This document shows positions 37,639 to 48,097 of a stretch of 64,000 nucleotides of DNA, piece by piece. Where the stretch lies: the NCBI GenBank assembly GCA_035525215.1, contig DATLEY010000088.1, positions 8,159 through 72,158 on the forward strand, given 5' to 3'. Source of the stretch: Thermoanaerobaculia bacterium. GTDB taxonomy: Bacteria > Acidobacteriota > Thermoanaerobaculia > Gp7-AA8. Numbering within the stretch: the stretch's first letter is position 1; every line of letters begins with the position of its first letter. The notes beneath the pieces were generated by a model. That model saw only the letters and a program-made list of their open reading frames with translations. It ran no database searches and was not told the DNA's origin. Both the position numbers and the translations under genes were made by a program.

Positions 37639-38921
37639 CGAAACATGCAGGGCTTCCCGGGTTCCGTGACTTCTTTCCGGAGGAGATGTCGCGCCGAGAG
37701 CAGATCTTCGAGGCGTGGGAGGAAGTGGTCCGCAAGTTCGGCTTCGAGCTCTACGACGGTCCTCCGCTGGAGTCGCTCGATCTCTACATCGAAAAGTCGG
37801 GGCCTGAGATCGTGAATCAGCTCTTCAACTTCACCGACAAGGGAGGGCGGGAGGTCGCTCTCCGTCCCGAGATGACTCCAACCCTGGTGCGGATGGTGGG
37901 AACCCGGATCAAGGGAATGGCGCGACCGGTCCGATGGGCCTCGATGCCCCAGCTCTTCCGATACGAGAAGCAGCAGCGAGGACGGCTGAGAGAGCACTTC
38001 CAGCTCAACATGGACATCATCGGAGAGGAGTCGGTGCTGGCGGACGCCGACCTTCTCGCGGCGGCGCTCGAGGTTCTGCGCCTTCTCGGGCTTCAACCGT
38101 CCGACGTCGTGGCCCGGGTATCCGACCGCCGTCTGCTGACGGCGGCCCTTCTGGAAGAAGGAATCGCGGAGAAAGACCTTCAGACCGCTTACGCCATCAT
38201 CGACAAGATCGAGCGCGAGCCTCGCGCTTCCCTTCTGGAGCGGCTGGCCGCGCTCGGCCTCAATTCGGATCGTGCCGAAAAAGTCCTCGCGATCACCGAC
38301 CTCGATCTGAAGGGACTTCGCGAGCGGTACGGCTCGAAACCGGAAATCCAGCTTGTGCTCGCCCACCTCGATGAATACTTCGCGGCGCTTACCGCGCTCG
38401 GCTTCGGAGAGTGGGTCGCCTTCGACATGAAGATCGTCAGGGGGCTCGCGTACTACACCGGGATCGTTTTCGAGATCTTCGATCGCAAAGGACAGCTGCG
38501 CGCGATCTGCGGAGGGGGACGCTACGACCAGCTCTTCTCCTCTCTGGCCGGCATCGATGTTCCTGCTCTGGGATTCGGCTTCGGCGACGTCGTTCTCGGC
38601 GAGCTGCTGAAAGAGAGAAAGCTCGATCGAAGCGGCGGCCGTTCGGTCGACGTCGCCGTCATCGCGGTGAGCGATGAGGTCCGGGAAGACGCGCTACGTC
38701 TGGTCTCGCGTTTGCGCGCGGCCGGCTGCTCCGTGATTTATCCCTATCGCGCCGCGGGAGTGGGCAAGGCGCTGAAGAGCGCGGCAGCTGCTGGAGCGCG
38801 CGAGGCCGTCGTCCTCGGGCCTGATGAAGTCAGCCGTGGCGAGCTGGTCGTCAAGGATCTCGCGGCGGGAACTGAACGGAAGATGCGAAGCGAGGATTAC
38901 GTGGGCGGAGGGAAAGAGTGA
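37635..38921 (+). CDS. hisS: histidine--tRNA ligase
   Basis: Class II aaRS motifs (EALRPEMTPTLVRMV, FQLNMDIIG, GGGRYDQL) plus a C-terminal anticodon-binding domain. ATGA overlap with the aroDE stop. Confidence 0.9.
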   Translation: MTKHAGLPGFRDFFPEEMSRREQIFEAWEEVVRKFGFELYDGPPLESLDLYIEKSGPEIVNQLFNFTDKGGREVALRPEMTPTLVRMVGTRIKGMARPVRWASMPQLFRYEKQQRGRLREHFQLNMDIIGEESVLADADLLAAALEVLRLLGLQPSDVVARVSDRRLLTAALLEEGIAEKDLQTAYAIIDKIEREPRASLLERLAALGLNSDRAEKVLAITDLDLKGLRERYGSKPEIQLVLAHLDEYFAALTALGFGEWVAFDMKIVRGLAYYTGIVFEIFDRKGQLRAICGGGRYDQLFSSLAGIDVPALGFGFGDVVLGELLKERKLDRSGGRSVDVAVIAVSDEVREDALRLVSRLRAAGCSVIYPYRAAGVGKALKSAAAAGAREAVVLGPDEVSRGELVVKDLAAGTERKMRSEDYVGGGKE

Positions 38922-38949
38922 TCGGCCCGGTCGCTCTCCGGAACTAGTG

Positions 38950-40452
38950 ATGGATCTCGACGCCGCCCAGCTCGACGCCCTCCGGCGGGATTACGACGTG
39001 ATCCCGCTCGTGCGGATCCTCAACGCCGATACGATCACTCCCGTCGCCGCGTTCGCCGCGCTCGCGGAGAGAAAAAGCGAGGCGTTCCTGCTCGAATCCG
39101 TGGAACGAGGGGAGTCGATCGGCCGGTATTCGTTCGCAGGCGCCGATCCGCGGCGAAGCATGACCATCCGGAAGTCGTCGGCGGATCCGCGCGAAGCTCT
39201 GAGGAATGAGCTGGTTCCGCTTCGAGTCTACGGGGAAGAGGCGCTTCCCCCGTTTTTCGGCGGCGCGGTCGGATGGCTCGGCTACGGCGCCGCCTGCTGG
39301 AGTGAGAAGCTCCCCGATCGCCATTCGGCTCCCGATTCCGTCGACGCTGAGCTGCTTTTCTTCGACCAAGTCGTCGCGTTCGATCATCTGCGTCAGCGGC
39401 TCTACGTCTGCGCGAACCTCTTCGCCGCGGATGAGCGGTCCAGCCACGATCTGCTGAACGAGGCGCGCTCGCGGCTGGACTCGATGACCACCCGCCTTTC
39501 GGAGGCGAAGGCAGATCTCTCTCCTCTGCTCGATGAAGGCGATGTGGAGCTCGGGGCCCTCACTTCGCGCGAGGACTTCTGCGAGGCGGTCGCCGCCGCG
39601 AAGCGGGACATCGAGGCCGGCGAGATCTTCCAGGTGGTGCTCTCGCAGCGATGGGTCGCTCCCTATCCATCGTCGGAGGCACTCGCTCTCTATCGGGCCC
39701 TCCGTTCCGTGAATCCTTCTCCCTACATGTTTCTCCTCCGCACCCGTGAGCGGACTCTCGTCGGGGCATCTCCCGAGATGCTCGTCCGGATCGAGAAGGA
39801 GAAGATCACGGCACGGCCGATCGCGGGGACGCGACGTCGCGGAGCGACCGCGGACGAAGACCGCGCGCTCGCCGATGAGCTTCTCGCGGACGAGAAGGAA
39901 AACGCGGAACACCTCATGCTCGTCGATCTGGGCCGCAACGATCTCTCCCGCGTCTGTCGTGCCGGAAGCGTCGAAGTCACCGAGTTCAGAAAAGTGGAGC
40001 GATACAGCCACGTCATGCACCTGGTCAGCTCCGTCGAGGGACGGCTTCGGCCGGGCGTCGCCGCTTCGGATGCTCTCCTTGCGGCCTTTCCCGCAGGCAC
40101 GGTGAGCGGCGCTCCGAAGATTCGGGCCATGGAGCTGATCGACCGGTACGAGCCGGTCCGCAGGAACGCCTACGCGGGCGCGATCCTGTACGCCGGCTTT
40201 TCGGGGAACCTCGATTCATGCATTGCGATTCGCACCGTGGTCCTGGAGGGAGATCGAGCTCTCGTGCAGGCCGGTGCCGGAATCGTGTACGACTCGAAGC
40301 CCGAGCTCGAGTACGACGAGACGGTGGGGAAAGCCGGAGCTCTGGTTCGCGCGCTCCGCATTGCCACGGCCGCCTCGAGGCCTGGAGACTCTCGATCCAG
40401 TCGCGATCGAAGGCCGGCGGAAGCGACGACTGGCCCGGAGGAGCGGCGGTGA
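38950..40452 (+). CDS. trpE: anthranilate synthase component I
   Basis: Chorismate-binding enzyme signatures (LLESVERGESIGRYSFAG, GAPKIRAMELIDRYE, NAYAGAILYAGFSGNLDSCIAIRT). Confidence 0.9.
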   Translation: MDLDAAQLDALRRDYDVIPLVRILNADTITPVAAFAALAERKSEAFLLESVERGESIGRYSFAGADPRRSMTIRKSSADPREALRNELVPLRVYGEEALPPFFGGAVGWLGYGAACWSEKLPDRHSAPDSVDAELLFFDQVVAFDHLRQRLYVCANLFAADERSSHDLLNEARSRLDSMTTRLSEAKADLSPLLDEGDVELGALTSREDFCEAVAAAKRDIEAGEIFQVVLSQRWVAPYPSSEALALYRALRSVNPSPYMFLLRTRERTLVGASPEMLVRIEKEKITARPIAGTRRRGATADEDRALADELLADEKENAEHLMLVDLGRNDLSRVCRAGSVEVTEFRKVERYSHVMHLVSSVEGRLRPGVAASDALLAAFPAGTVSGAPKIRAMELIDRYEPVRRNAYAGAILYAGFSGNLDSCIAIRTVVLEGDRALVQAGAGIVYDSKPELEYDETVGKAGALVRALRIATAASRPGDSRSSRDRRPAEATTGPEERR

Positions 40453-41069
40453 TCCTCTTCATCGATAACTACGATTCGTTCACCTACAACCTCGTGCATC
40501 TCTTCGAGCGCGCGGGAGGGGTCGGCATCGATGTCGTTCGGAACGACGCGTTCGATGTCGAGAGAGTGATCCAGCGGCGTCCCTCAGCCATTGTGATTTC
40601 TCCCGGGCCGGGTGTCCCGTCGCGGGCGGGCAAAATCGTCGATCTCATCAGGGCTGCGGGCTCGATCCCTCTTCTCGGCGTCTGTCTCGGGCATCAGGCG
40701 ATCGCCGAGGCTCTGGGGGGAAGGGTCGTCCCGGCTTCGGTCCCCCGGCACGGCAAGGTCGACAGGATCCGCCATCAGGGCGGCGGTCTTCTCGCGGATT
40801 GCCCGGACCCGCTGGAGGCGGTCCGTTATCACTCGCTCGTCGCGGAGAGGTCTTCGTTGCCATCGGAGCTGACTGTGGACGCCGCTACTGAGGATGGGGT
40901 GGTCATGGCGATGTCGCATCGAACGCGCCCGCTGTTCGGACTGCAGTTCCATCCGGAGTCTCATGGATCCTCCGAGGGCCTCCGGATCGCTCGCAACTTC
41001 CTGGTTCTCGGCAATCAGTGGGGCGCACGCTGTGCGCCGCTACGCTCTGGTGAAGGAGCAGAACCGTGA
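40449..41069 (+). CDS. trpG: anthranilate synthase component II (glutamine amidotransferase)
   Basis: GTG start overlapping the trpE stop. GATase class I catalytic Cys in LLGVCLGHQAI and catalytic His in HPES. Confidence 0.9.
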   Translation: MILFIDNYDSFTYNLVHLFERAGGVGIDVVRNDAFDVERVIQRRPSAIVISPGPGVPSRAGKIVDLIRAAGSIPLLGVCLGHQAIAEALGGRVVPASVPRHGKVDRIRHQGGGLLADCPDPLEAVRYHSLVAERSSLPSELTVDAATEDGVVMAMSHRTRPLFGLQFHPESHGSSEGLRIARNFLVLGNQWGARCAPLRSGEGAEP

Positions 41070-42097
41070 TCAGCGAGTCGATCCGGCGGATCATCGATGG
41101 CCATCACCTCAGCCGGGCCGAGAGCGAAGCTCTGTTCGGTGAGGTGATGAACGGATCTGCCAGCGAGGTTCAGAAGACGGCGCTTCTGATCGGGCTCCGG
41201 ATGAAAGGGGAGACGATCGAAGAGATCACCGGTGCGGCGGCCGCGATGCGCCGACGAGTCATCGCCTTGGATGTCGACGGGGAGAACCTGGTGGACACCT
41301 GCGGGACGGGTGGCGACGGCAAGGGGACGCTGAACGTTTCGACGATCGCCGCGATCGTGGCGGCCGCGGCCGGCGTCACCATCGCGAAGCACGGCAACCG
41401 AGCGGTCTCATCATCCTGCGGGAGCGCGGACGTTCTGATGGCTCTGGGGGTTCGGATCGATCTCGACGCGCGGCAGATGAAAACGGTCCTCGATCGAGTG
41501 GGGCTCTCGTTCCTCTTTGCGCCGCGGCTCCACCCCGCCACGGCCGCGGTGTCGGCTGTCCGGAAGGAGCTCGGCCTCCGCACGATCTTCAACCTGCTCG
41601 GACCTCTCACGAACCCCGCGGGAGCCGCGCGGCAGGTCGTCGGTGTCTATGCAGCGGAGCTGGTTCCGAAGATTGGCGAGGTGCTGCGTGCTCTCGGCAC
41701 GCGACACGCGCTGGTGGTGCACAGCGAAGAAGGGCTGGATGAGATTTCTCCATCTGCCCCGACCGAAGTCTGCGAAGTGAAACGGGGGGAGGTGCCGCGT
41801 AGCTTTCGCATCACCCCCGAGGAGATCGGGTTGTCCGGAGCCTCATCGTCACTGGACCTGCAGGGGGGAGACGCGGCGACCAACGCCCGCCTGGCCCGCG
41901 AGATCCTCGAGGGGTCGCCCGGCGCGGGACGGGACGCTGTCCTGGCGAATGCCGGAGCAGCGATCTATGTCGGCGGCGTGACCCCGTCGATTCGCGAAGG
42001 GGTCGATGTGGCCCGGAAGGCAATCGACGAGGGGCGGGCGCTTGCGAAGCTCGAGGAGCTGATCGCGGCTACGGTGGAAGAGGCGGCCGCGGAATGA
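41066..42097 (+). CDS. trpD: anthranilate phosphoribosyltransferase
   Basis: Contains DTCGTGGDGKGTLNVST and IAKHGNRAVSSSCGSADVL. GTG start overlapping the trpG stop. Confidence 0.9.
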   Translation: MISESIRRIIDGHHLSRAESEALFGEVMNGSASEVQKTALLIGLRMKGETIEEITGAAAAMRRRVIALDVDGENLVDTCGTGGDGKGTLNVSTIAAIVAAAAGVTIAKHGNRAVSSSCGSADVLMALGVRIDLDARQMKTVLDRVGLSFLFAPRLHPATAAVSAVRKELGLRTIFNLLGPLTNPAGAARQVVGVYAAELVPKIGEVLRALGTRHALVVHSEEGLDEISPSAPTEVCEVKRGEVPRSFRITPEEIGLSGASSSLDLQGGDAATNARLAREILEGSPGAGRDAVLANAGAAIYVGGVTPSIREGVDVARKAIDEGRALAKLEELIAATVEEAAAE

Positions 42098-43479
42098 CGA
42101 TCCTCGATGAGTTGGCCGCCTCCAGCCGCGATCTGATGCGTGATTTGGATCCTGTGAAACTGCTCCGGCGGGCAGAAGAAGTCTCGCGCACACGTACGCG
42201 TCATCGCTTTCGCCGCCACCTCGCGGGGAGAGCGATGTTTCCGCGGCTGATTGCCGAAATCAAAGCGGCGTCGCCCTCCGCGGGTCCTATCGCCGCCGAT
42301 CCCGACGTCGCGGCGATCGCGGCGGCCTACCGCCGCGGGGGAGCCGCAGCGATTTCCGTCGTCGCGGAGCCTCTCCGCTTCCAGGGCTCCACGGATTGGA
42401 TCGCGCCGGCTGCTGAATCGTCCGGACTCCCCGTACTGATGAAGCATTTCGTGACCGACGAGCGGCTGGCTCTGCACGGCGTCGCCAGCGGAGCGGAGGC
42501 CATCCTCCTGATCGCCGCGCTTCTCCAAACGGACGCGATGCGACGGCTCATCACGATGCTCGACGAGCTCGGCGTCGACGCGCTGGTCGAAGTTCACGAC
42601 GAAGAAGAGATCGATCGGGCACTGGACGCTGGAGCGCGAATCCTGGGCGTGAACAATCGCGACCTTCGGAACTTCACCGTGGACCTCGGCACGTCCGAAC
42701 GTCTGATTGGGCGGATTCCGCGCGAATGCCTCCGCGTCGCCGAGAGCGGCATCCGTTCGCGCGGCGACGCGCTGCGGCTGGCTCGCGCCGGTTTCGACGC
42801 GGTCCTGGTGGGGGAGCATCTTCTCCGTCAAAGCAATCACGAGACCGCGGCGCGCGAGCTTGCCGGTCCTCCCGCGGTAAAGATCTGCGGGATCACGCGA
42901 GTCGAGGATGCCGAGACAGCCGCTGAAGCCGGTGCCGCATTCATCGGGCTGGTGTTCGCGCCAGGTTCACCACGCCGTCTGGAGCCGTCCCGCTCTCGCG
43001 CGATCGCGGATGCTGCACGCGGCCGCAACCCCGCTCTGCGCGTCGTCGGAGTCTTCCGGGACCAGACCCCGGAGGAAGTCTCTCGAATCTCGGACGAGGC
43101 TGGAGTCGACTTGATTCAGCTGCATGGGGATGAAGAGGCCGAGCGTTTCGCCGGAGGGCGACCGATCATTCGAGCGGTACGGGTCGGGAAGGCGGTCCCA
43201 CGCCTGGCCTCCGATCAGGTTTCGCAATGGATCTTGTTCGACCATTCTTCTCCCTCCGGGGGAGGCGCCGGAGTCGCATTCGACTGGTCTATTCTCGACT
43301 CGACTGCTCACGAGCATCCCCGGTTTCTCGCCGGCGGGCTGAATCCCGGCAACGTTGCGGCTGCGATACGCCGGGTGCGACCGGAAGCGGTGGATGTGTC
43401 GACCGGCGTCGAGACGTCGCCAGGCATCAAGAGCGCTGAGAAGATCCGCGCCTTCATCGAGGAGGTCAATCGGACATGA
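42094..43479 (+). CDS. trpCF: bifunctional indole-3-glycerol-phosphate synthase / phosphoribosylanthranilate isomerase
   Basis: N-terminal TrpC ([22 protein letters not shown]). C-terminal TrpF ([27 protein letters not shown]). 461 aa. Confidence 0.9.
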   Translation: MTILDELAASSRDLMRDLDPVKLLRRAEEVSRTRTRHRFRRHLAGRAMFPRLIAEIKAASPSAGPIAADPDVAAIAAAYRRGGAAAISVVAEPLRFQGSTDWIAPAAESSGLPVLMKHFVTDERLALHGVASGAEAILLIAALLQTDAMRRLITMLDELGVDALVEVHDEEEIDRALDAGARILGVNNRDLRNFTVDLGTSERLIGRIPRECLRVAESGIRSRGDALRLARAGFDAVLVGEHLLRQSNHETAARELAGPPAVKICGITRVEDAETAAEAGAAFIGLVFAPGSPRRLEPSRSRAIADAARGRNPALRVVGVFRDQTPEEVSRISDEAGVDLIQLHGDEEAERFAGGRPIIRAVRVGKAVPRLASDQVSQWILFDHSSPSGGGAGVAFDWSILDSTAHEHPRFLAGGLNPGNVAAAIRRVRPEAVDVSTGVETSPGIKSAEKIRAFIEEVNRT

Positions 43480-44684
43480 AGCTTCCGGACAGGAAGGGAT
43501 TCTTCGGAGAGTTCGGGGGGAGGTTCGTTCCCGAGACGCTGATGGCGCCGCTCGAGGATCTCGAGCTCGCGTGGAAGGCGTCAAGGAGAGATCGATGGTT
43601 CAAGAGCGAACTGGAGGCGCTGCTTCGAGATTTCGTCGGGCGCCCCACGCCGATTTCCGAGGCTTCGCGGTTCGCAAGCGAATGCGGAGATCTGCGGCTG
43701 TTTCTCAAGCGCGAAGATTTGAATCACACCGGCGCGCACAAGATCAACAACGCCCTGGGGCAGGCACTGCTGGCCCGGCAGATGGAGAAGAGCCGGGTCA
43801 TCGCCGAGACGGGTGCGGGTCAGCATGGCGTGGCCACGGCGACGGCGTGCGCGCTGCTCGGTCTGGAATGCGTCGTATACATGGGCGAAGTCGACATGGT
43901 GCGGCAGGAGCTGAATGTCTTCCGGATGCGGTTGCTCGGAGCCGAAGTCGTTCCGGTGACGAGTGGCAGCCGGACCCTGAAAGACGCGATCAACGAGGCT
44001 CTCCGCGACTGGGTCACGAATGTCTCCACGACGCATTACATCATCGGCTCGGTTCTCGGACCGCATCCCTATCCGGTCATGGTGCGCGACTTCCAGTCGG
44101 TGATCGGACGAGAGGCGCTCGGACAGATGCGGACGAGGGTTGGCGGATTGCCCGATGTGGCGATCGCATGCGTAGGAGGCGGCTCGAACGCCATCGGGAT
44201 GTTTCATCCTTTTCTCGATGAAAAAGTGCGACTCATCGGGGTCGAGGCCGGCGGGAAAGGGACCGGGCCCGGCGAGCACGCCGCGCGTTTCGCCGGCGGA
44301 GCCGCCGGCGTCCTTCACGGCACGCGGTCGATGATCCTGCAGGACTCGTCCGGACAGATTTCGGAGACGCACTCGATCTCCGCGGGTCTCGACTATCCGT
44401 CGGTGGGGCCCGAGCATGCATTTCTGAAGGAAAGCGGTCGCATCGAGTTCGCGCGCTGCAGCGATGACACGGCTCTCGAGGCTTTCCGGAAACTCTCCTC
44501 ACTGGAAGGGATCATTCCCGCTCTGGAGTCCTCTCATGCCCTCGGATATCTCCTCGAGCATGGAAAAGAGCTCCCTCCCGGGTCGACCGTTCTCGTGAAT
44601 CTCTCCGGCCGAGGCGATAAGGACGTCCCCCAGATCGCCGCTCTCGATCGCGCGACGGCCGACCGCGGAGCGACCAGATCATGA
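43476..44684 (+). CDS. trpB: tryptophan synthase beta chain
   Basis: Contains GGRFVPETL, the PLP Lys motif HTGAHKINN and GGGSNAIG. Confidence 0.95.
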   Translation: MKLPDRKGFFGEFGGRFVPETLMAPLEDLELAWKASRRDRWFKSELEALLRDFVGRPTPISEASRFASECGDLRLFLKREDLNHTGAHKINNALGQALLARQMEKSRVIAETGAGQHGVATATACALLGLECVVYMGEVDMVRQELNVFRMRLLGAEVVPVTSGSRTLKDAINEALRDWVTNVSTTHYIIGSVLGPHPYPVMVRDFQSVIGREALGQMRTRVGGLPDVAIACVGGGSNAIGMFHPFLDEKVRLIGVEAGGKGTGPGEHAARFAGGAAGVLHGTRSMILQDSSGQISETHSISAGLDYPSVGPEHAFLKESGRIEFARCSDDTALEAFRKLSSLEGIIPALESSHALGYLLEHGKELPPGSTVLVNLSGRGDKDVPQIAALDRATADRGATRS

Positions 44685-45511
44685 GGCGTATCCGTCGAAG
44701 CTTCGCCGCGATGCGCCGCGAGGGGCGCTGCGGCCTGATCGCGTACATCACCTGCGGGGATCCGTCGCTGGACGCGTCGGTCGAGATCGCGCTCGAGCTC
44801 GAGAACGCCGGAGCCGACCTGCTGGAGCTCGGAGTCCCATTCTCCGATCCGATCGCTGACGGGCCGGTGATTCAGGCCGCTTCGCAGAGGGCAATCGAAA
44901 GAGGGACGACTCTCGCTTCGGTGATCGAAGTTGCGCGGAGAATTCGAGCCTCGTCCGAGATTCCGCTCATCCTGTTCTCCTACCTGAATCCGATCCTCCG
45001 CTATGGGATGGAGCGGTTCGCGCATGATGCTGCGGCCGCGGGAATCGATGGCGTGTTGCTGACTGATCTGCCGGCGGAATCGGCCGATTCGTCCAGGAAG
45101 GTGCTGAAGAAAGCCGGCCTGGCGACGATCTTCCTTCTGGCGCCGACCTCGACTCCACCGCGAATCAGAATGGCCGACCGGGCATCCCAGGGTTTCGTCT
45201 ATTACGTCTCGACGACGGGAGTCACGGGAGCCCGGCGCGATCTCGCTCCGGATCTCATCAGCCGGCTCGATGAGATTCGACGCTCGCTCCGGAATCCGAT
45301 CGCAGTCGGCTTCGGCATCTCGACCGGGGATCAGTTCGCGACCCTCGCGCCGCACTGCGATGCGGTGGTCGTCGGAAGCGCGATCGTACGGGCCATCGCC
45401 GATGGGCCGCCGGAGAGTGCTCCGGATCGCGCCGCCGCGATGGTGCGGGAGATTCTGGGCGGCGAGCGGACACAGCGAGGGATCGTATCGAGAGCGGAGG
45501 GGAGTATCTGA
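44681..45511 (+). CDS. trpA: tryptophan synthase alpha chain
   Basis: Contains [10 protein letters not shown] and [17 protein letters not shown]. Confidence 0.9.
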   Translation: MRRIRRSFAAMRREGRCGLIAYITCGDPSLDASVEIALELENAGADLLELGVPFSDPIADGPVIQAASQRAIERGTTLASVIEVARRIRASSEIPLILFSYLNPILRYGMERFAHDAAAAGIDGVLLTDLPAESADSSRKVLKKAGLATIFLLAPTSTPPRIRMADRASQGFVYYVSTTGVTGARRDLAPDLISRLDEIRRSLRNPIAVGFGISTGDQFATLAPHCDAVVVGSAIVRAIADGPPESAPDRAAAMVREILGGERTQRGIVSRAEGSI

Positions 45512-46551
45512 TGGTCATCATCATGAACAAGGGAGCGGGTGAGGAAGAGATCGCTGCCGTCAGCCTGGAGGTCCGCAACCGCGGTTTTGGAGTTCACCGT
45601 TCCGACGGCGCCGAGCAGACCGTTCTCGGGATCGCCGGCGAGGTCCTGGGGATCGATCCTCGGACGTTCGAGAGCCTGCCGGGCGTGCAGGAAGTCGTCC
45701 TGCTCACCGAGCCCTACAAGCTCGCCAGCCTCGGATTCCGACGGAAACGCTCGGTGATCCGTGTCGGAGAGATCGAGATCGGCGGCCCCGAGGTCGTGAT
45801 CATGGCTGGACCATGCACGATCGAAGGGGAGGAGCAGCTTTATCGCAGCGCCGAGTCGGTGGCGAAAGCCGGCGCGAGGATTCTCCGGGGAGGAGCATTC
45901 AAGCCGCGGACATCTCCCTACTCGTTTCAGGGTCCGGGGATCGCCGGGCTGGAGCTGCTTCGAAGAGTCGGCGACGAGATGGGGATGGCCACGATCTCCG
46001 AGGTCATGGAAGCCGGACAGATCGAGCCGATGCTCCCCTTCGTCGACATCCTGCAGGTGGGAACGCGAAACATGCAGAACTACAACCTGCTTGCGGCGCT
46101 GGGGAAAGTGAATCGTCCGGTGCTGCTCAAGCGTGGAATGTCGGCCACCGTTCAGGAATGGCTGCTCGCCGCCGAGTACATCATGGCGGGAGGAAATCAC
46201 GATGTGATCCTCTGTGAGCGTGGAATCCGTACCTTCGAGACCTCGCTGAGAAACACGCTCGACCTGTCGGCGGTCCCGATGGTTCAGTCGCTCTCGCATT
46301 TGCCCGTGATCGTCGACCCATCTCATGCCACTGGAAGACGGGACATGGTGACTCCGCTGGCGCGCGCGGCGGTCGCCGTCGGTGCCGACGGACTGCTGAT
46401 CGAAGTCCACCACGATCCGGATGCCGCTCGGTGCGACGGTCCCCAGTCGTTGCGCCCGGCCGAATTCGCGAGCCTCATGGGGGAGCTCCGGCTGATCGTC
46501 CAGGCGGTCGGACGAAGGGTCTCGGAGGAGTCCGCGGCCTCCTTGCCCTGA
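45511..46551 (+). CDS. aroF: 3-deoxy-7-phosphoheptulonate (DAHP) synthase, class I-beta with N-terminal regulatory ferredoxin-like domain
   Basis: About 70-aa N-terminal domain, then the KDO8P/DAHP-I-beta core ([39 protein letters not shown]). TGATG overlap with the trpA stop. Confidence 0.85.
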   Translation: MVIIMNKGAGEEEIAAVSLEVRNRGFGVHRSDGAEQTVLGIAGEVLGIDPRTFESLPGVQEVVLLTEPYKLASLGFRRKRSVIRVGEIEIGGPEVVIMAGPCTIEGEEQLYRSAESVAKAGARILRGGAFKPRTSPYSFQGPGIAGLELLRRVGDEMGMATISEVMEAGQIEPMLPFVDILQVGTRNMQNYNLLAALGKVNRPVLLKRGMSATVQEWLLAAEYIMAGGNHDVILCERGIRTFETSLRNTLDLSAVPMVQSLSHLPVIVDPSHATGRRDMVTPLARAAVAVGADGLLIEVHHDPDAARCDGPQSLRPAEFASLMGELRLIVQAVGRRVSEESAASLP

Positions 46552-46603
46552 TTCGCAGCCGGGGGGGGCGATGCTGAGCGAAGCGACGCTAACCGTGCCG
46601 GGA

Positions 46604-46670
46604 GTCAGATTCTTCGGCCGCGAGACCAATCGTCTCGCCACTTCGGTCCCCCGTGCGGCCTCTGAATGAC
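46604..46670 (+). repeat. partial (right-half) copy D of the nested-palindromic repeat element
   Basis: GTCAGATTCTTCGGCCGCGAGACCAATCGTCTCGCCACTTCGGTCCCCCGTGCGGCCTCTGAATGAC matches the right inner inverted repeat plus the right terminal inverted repeat of copy A. The left half is absent. Confidence 0.8.
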
Positions 46671-46791
46671 TTCCGGCGCGGTTCGCGCCGCTGCGCAGTC
46701 GGCCTGCCTGGCATGGAGGTAAACTCCCAGCTCGTGTACACGCTGGAGCGTGTCTCAACGTCCAATCCGAAAGAAGAGGAGAGGTGACGTG

Positions 46792-48087
46792 ATGGATCCG
46801 ATTGTCTGGGACCGCGCGGCCGCGGCACATCTTTATCGACGAGCAGCCTTCGGCACAACGCCTGAAGATCTGGTTCGTGCTCTCGATGAGGGGCTGGAGG
46901 GAACGGTCGACCGCCTGCTCGACTTCGAAGCGGTGGACGACTCCGCGCTCGATCAACGCCTTGCTTCGTTCGATCTCGAAACGATCGGGGGACTGGTTGG
47001 ATGGTGGCTTACTCGGATGATCTTCACAAGGCGACCCCTGGAAGAACGACTGACCTGGTTCCTTCATGACCACTTCGCGACGTCGTACGGAAAAGTCCAG
47101 GACACGGGATGGATGCTTCAGCAGAATCAGCTCCTGCGGCGATTCGCACTCGGCAATTTCACCGAGCTCACGATCGAAATCTCACGCGATCCGGCGATGC
47201 TGGTCTGGCTGGACAATTTCCTGAATCGCAAGGAGAAGCCGAACGAGAATTTCGGCCGCGAGCTCCTCGAGCTATTCACGCTCGGCCACGGAAACTTCAG
47301 CGAAGAGGACGTCAGCGCCTCGGTTCGGGCATTCACCGGCTGGACCATCTCCCGGCAGAGGAGGACGTTTCTCTTCGTCGACGCGTTCCACGATCATGGC
47401 TCGAAGACGTTTCTCGGGCGAACCGGGGACTGGAACGGCGACGACATCGTGCGCTTTGCCTGCGCCGAACCGGCTCATGGGCGACTGATCGCCGGAAAGC
47501 TCTTCGAATTTCTGGGACACGCCAATCCGGATCATCATCTCGTCGACCACCTGGCCGGCGCTTACCTGGAGGCAGGGACCTCTCTCAGAACGCTGGTCAG
47601 GGAAATCCTGACATCGAGCGCGTTCTACTCCGAAGCTTCCATTCGTTCCTCCGTCCTCTCACCGGTCGAGTACCTCGTCGGAACGATCCGGCAGCTGGAG
47701 ATCAATGCCGATGTCACCCGCTTTGCCCTCGGCGTGCTTCGGACGCAGGGACAGGTCCCGTTCTTCCCGCCCGACGTGGATGGATGGCCCGCGGGGATGG
47801 CATGGATCAACTCGGGGAGTCTGCTCAGCCGGATGAATTTTGCCGCGCTGGTTACGTCCTCGGCGGATCCAGTGGTCCTGCTGGAAAGAAGCGCCGACAC
47901 GCCCGCTGAGCTGGTCGAATCGCTCCTGAAAAGGCTCGGTCCTTTCGACGTGCCAGAGGCGACACGCCGCGAGCTCGAGAACTATGTGTCCGCGGAGGGG
48001 AGCCTGCCTGCCGGAGCTGAACTGACGACCAAGATGAAGGGCCTGACGCATCTGATCCTTTCTCTGCCTGAAGCCCAGATGTCGTGA
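46792..48087 (+). CDS. DUF1800 family protein
   Basis: Conserved DUF1800 blocks (LVWLDNFLNRKEKPNENFGRELLELFTLGHGNFSEEDV, FTGWTI). ATG at 46792 with a GGAGAGG Shine-Dalgarno. The ORF extends upstream to a GTG at 46750. Confidence 0.75.
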   Translation: MDPIVWDRAAAAHLYRRAAFGTTPEDLVRALDEGLEGTVDRLLDFEAVDDSALDQRLASFDLETIGGLVGWWLTRMIFTRRPLEERLTWFLHDHFATSYGKVQDTGWMLQQNQLLRRFALGNFTELTIEISRDPAMLVWLDNFLNRKEKPNENFGRELLELFTLGHGNFSEEDVSASVRAFTGWTISRQRRTFLFVDAFHDHGSKTFLGRTGDWNGDDIVRFACAEPAHGRLIAGKLFEFLGHANPDHHLVDHLAGAYLEAGTSLRTLVREILTSSAFYSEASIRSSVLSPVEYLVGTIRQLEINADVTRFALGVLRTQGQVPFFPPDVDGWPAGMAWINSGSLLSRMNFAALVTSSADPVVLLERSADTPAELVESLLKRLGPFDVPEATRRELENYVSAEGSLPAGAELTTKMKGLTHLILSLPEAQMS

Positions 48088-48097
48088 AGGAGAGCTC

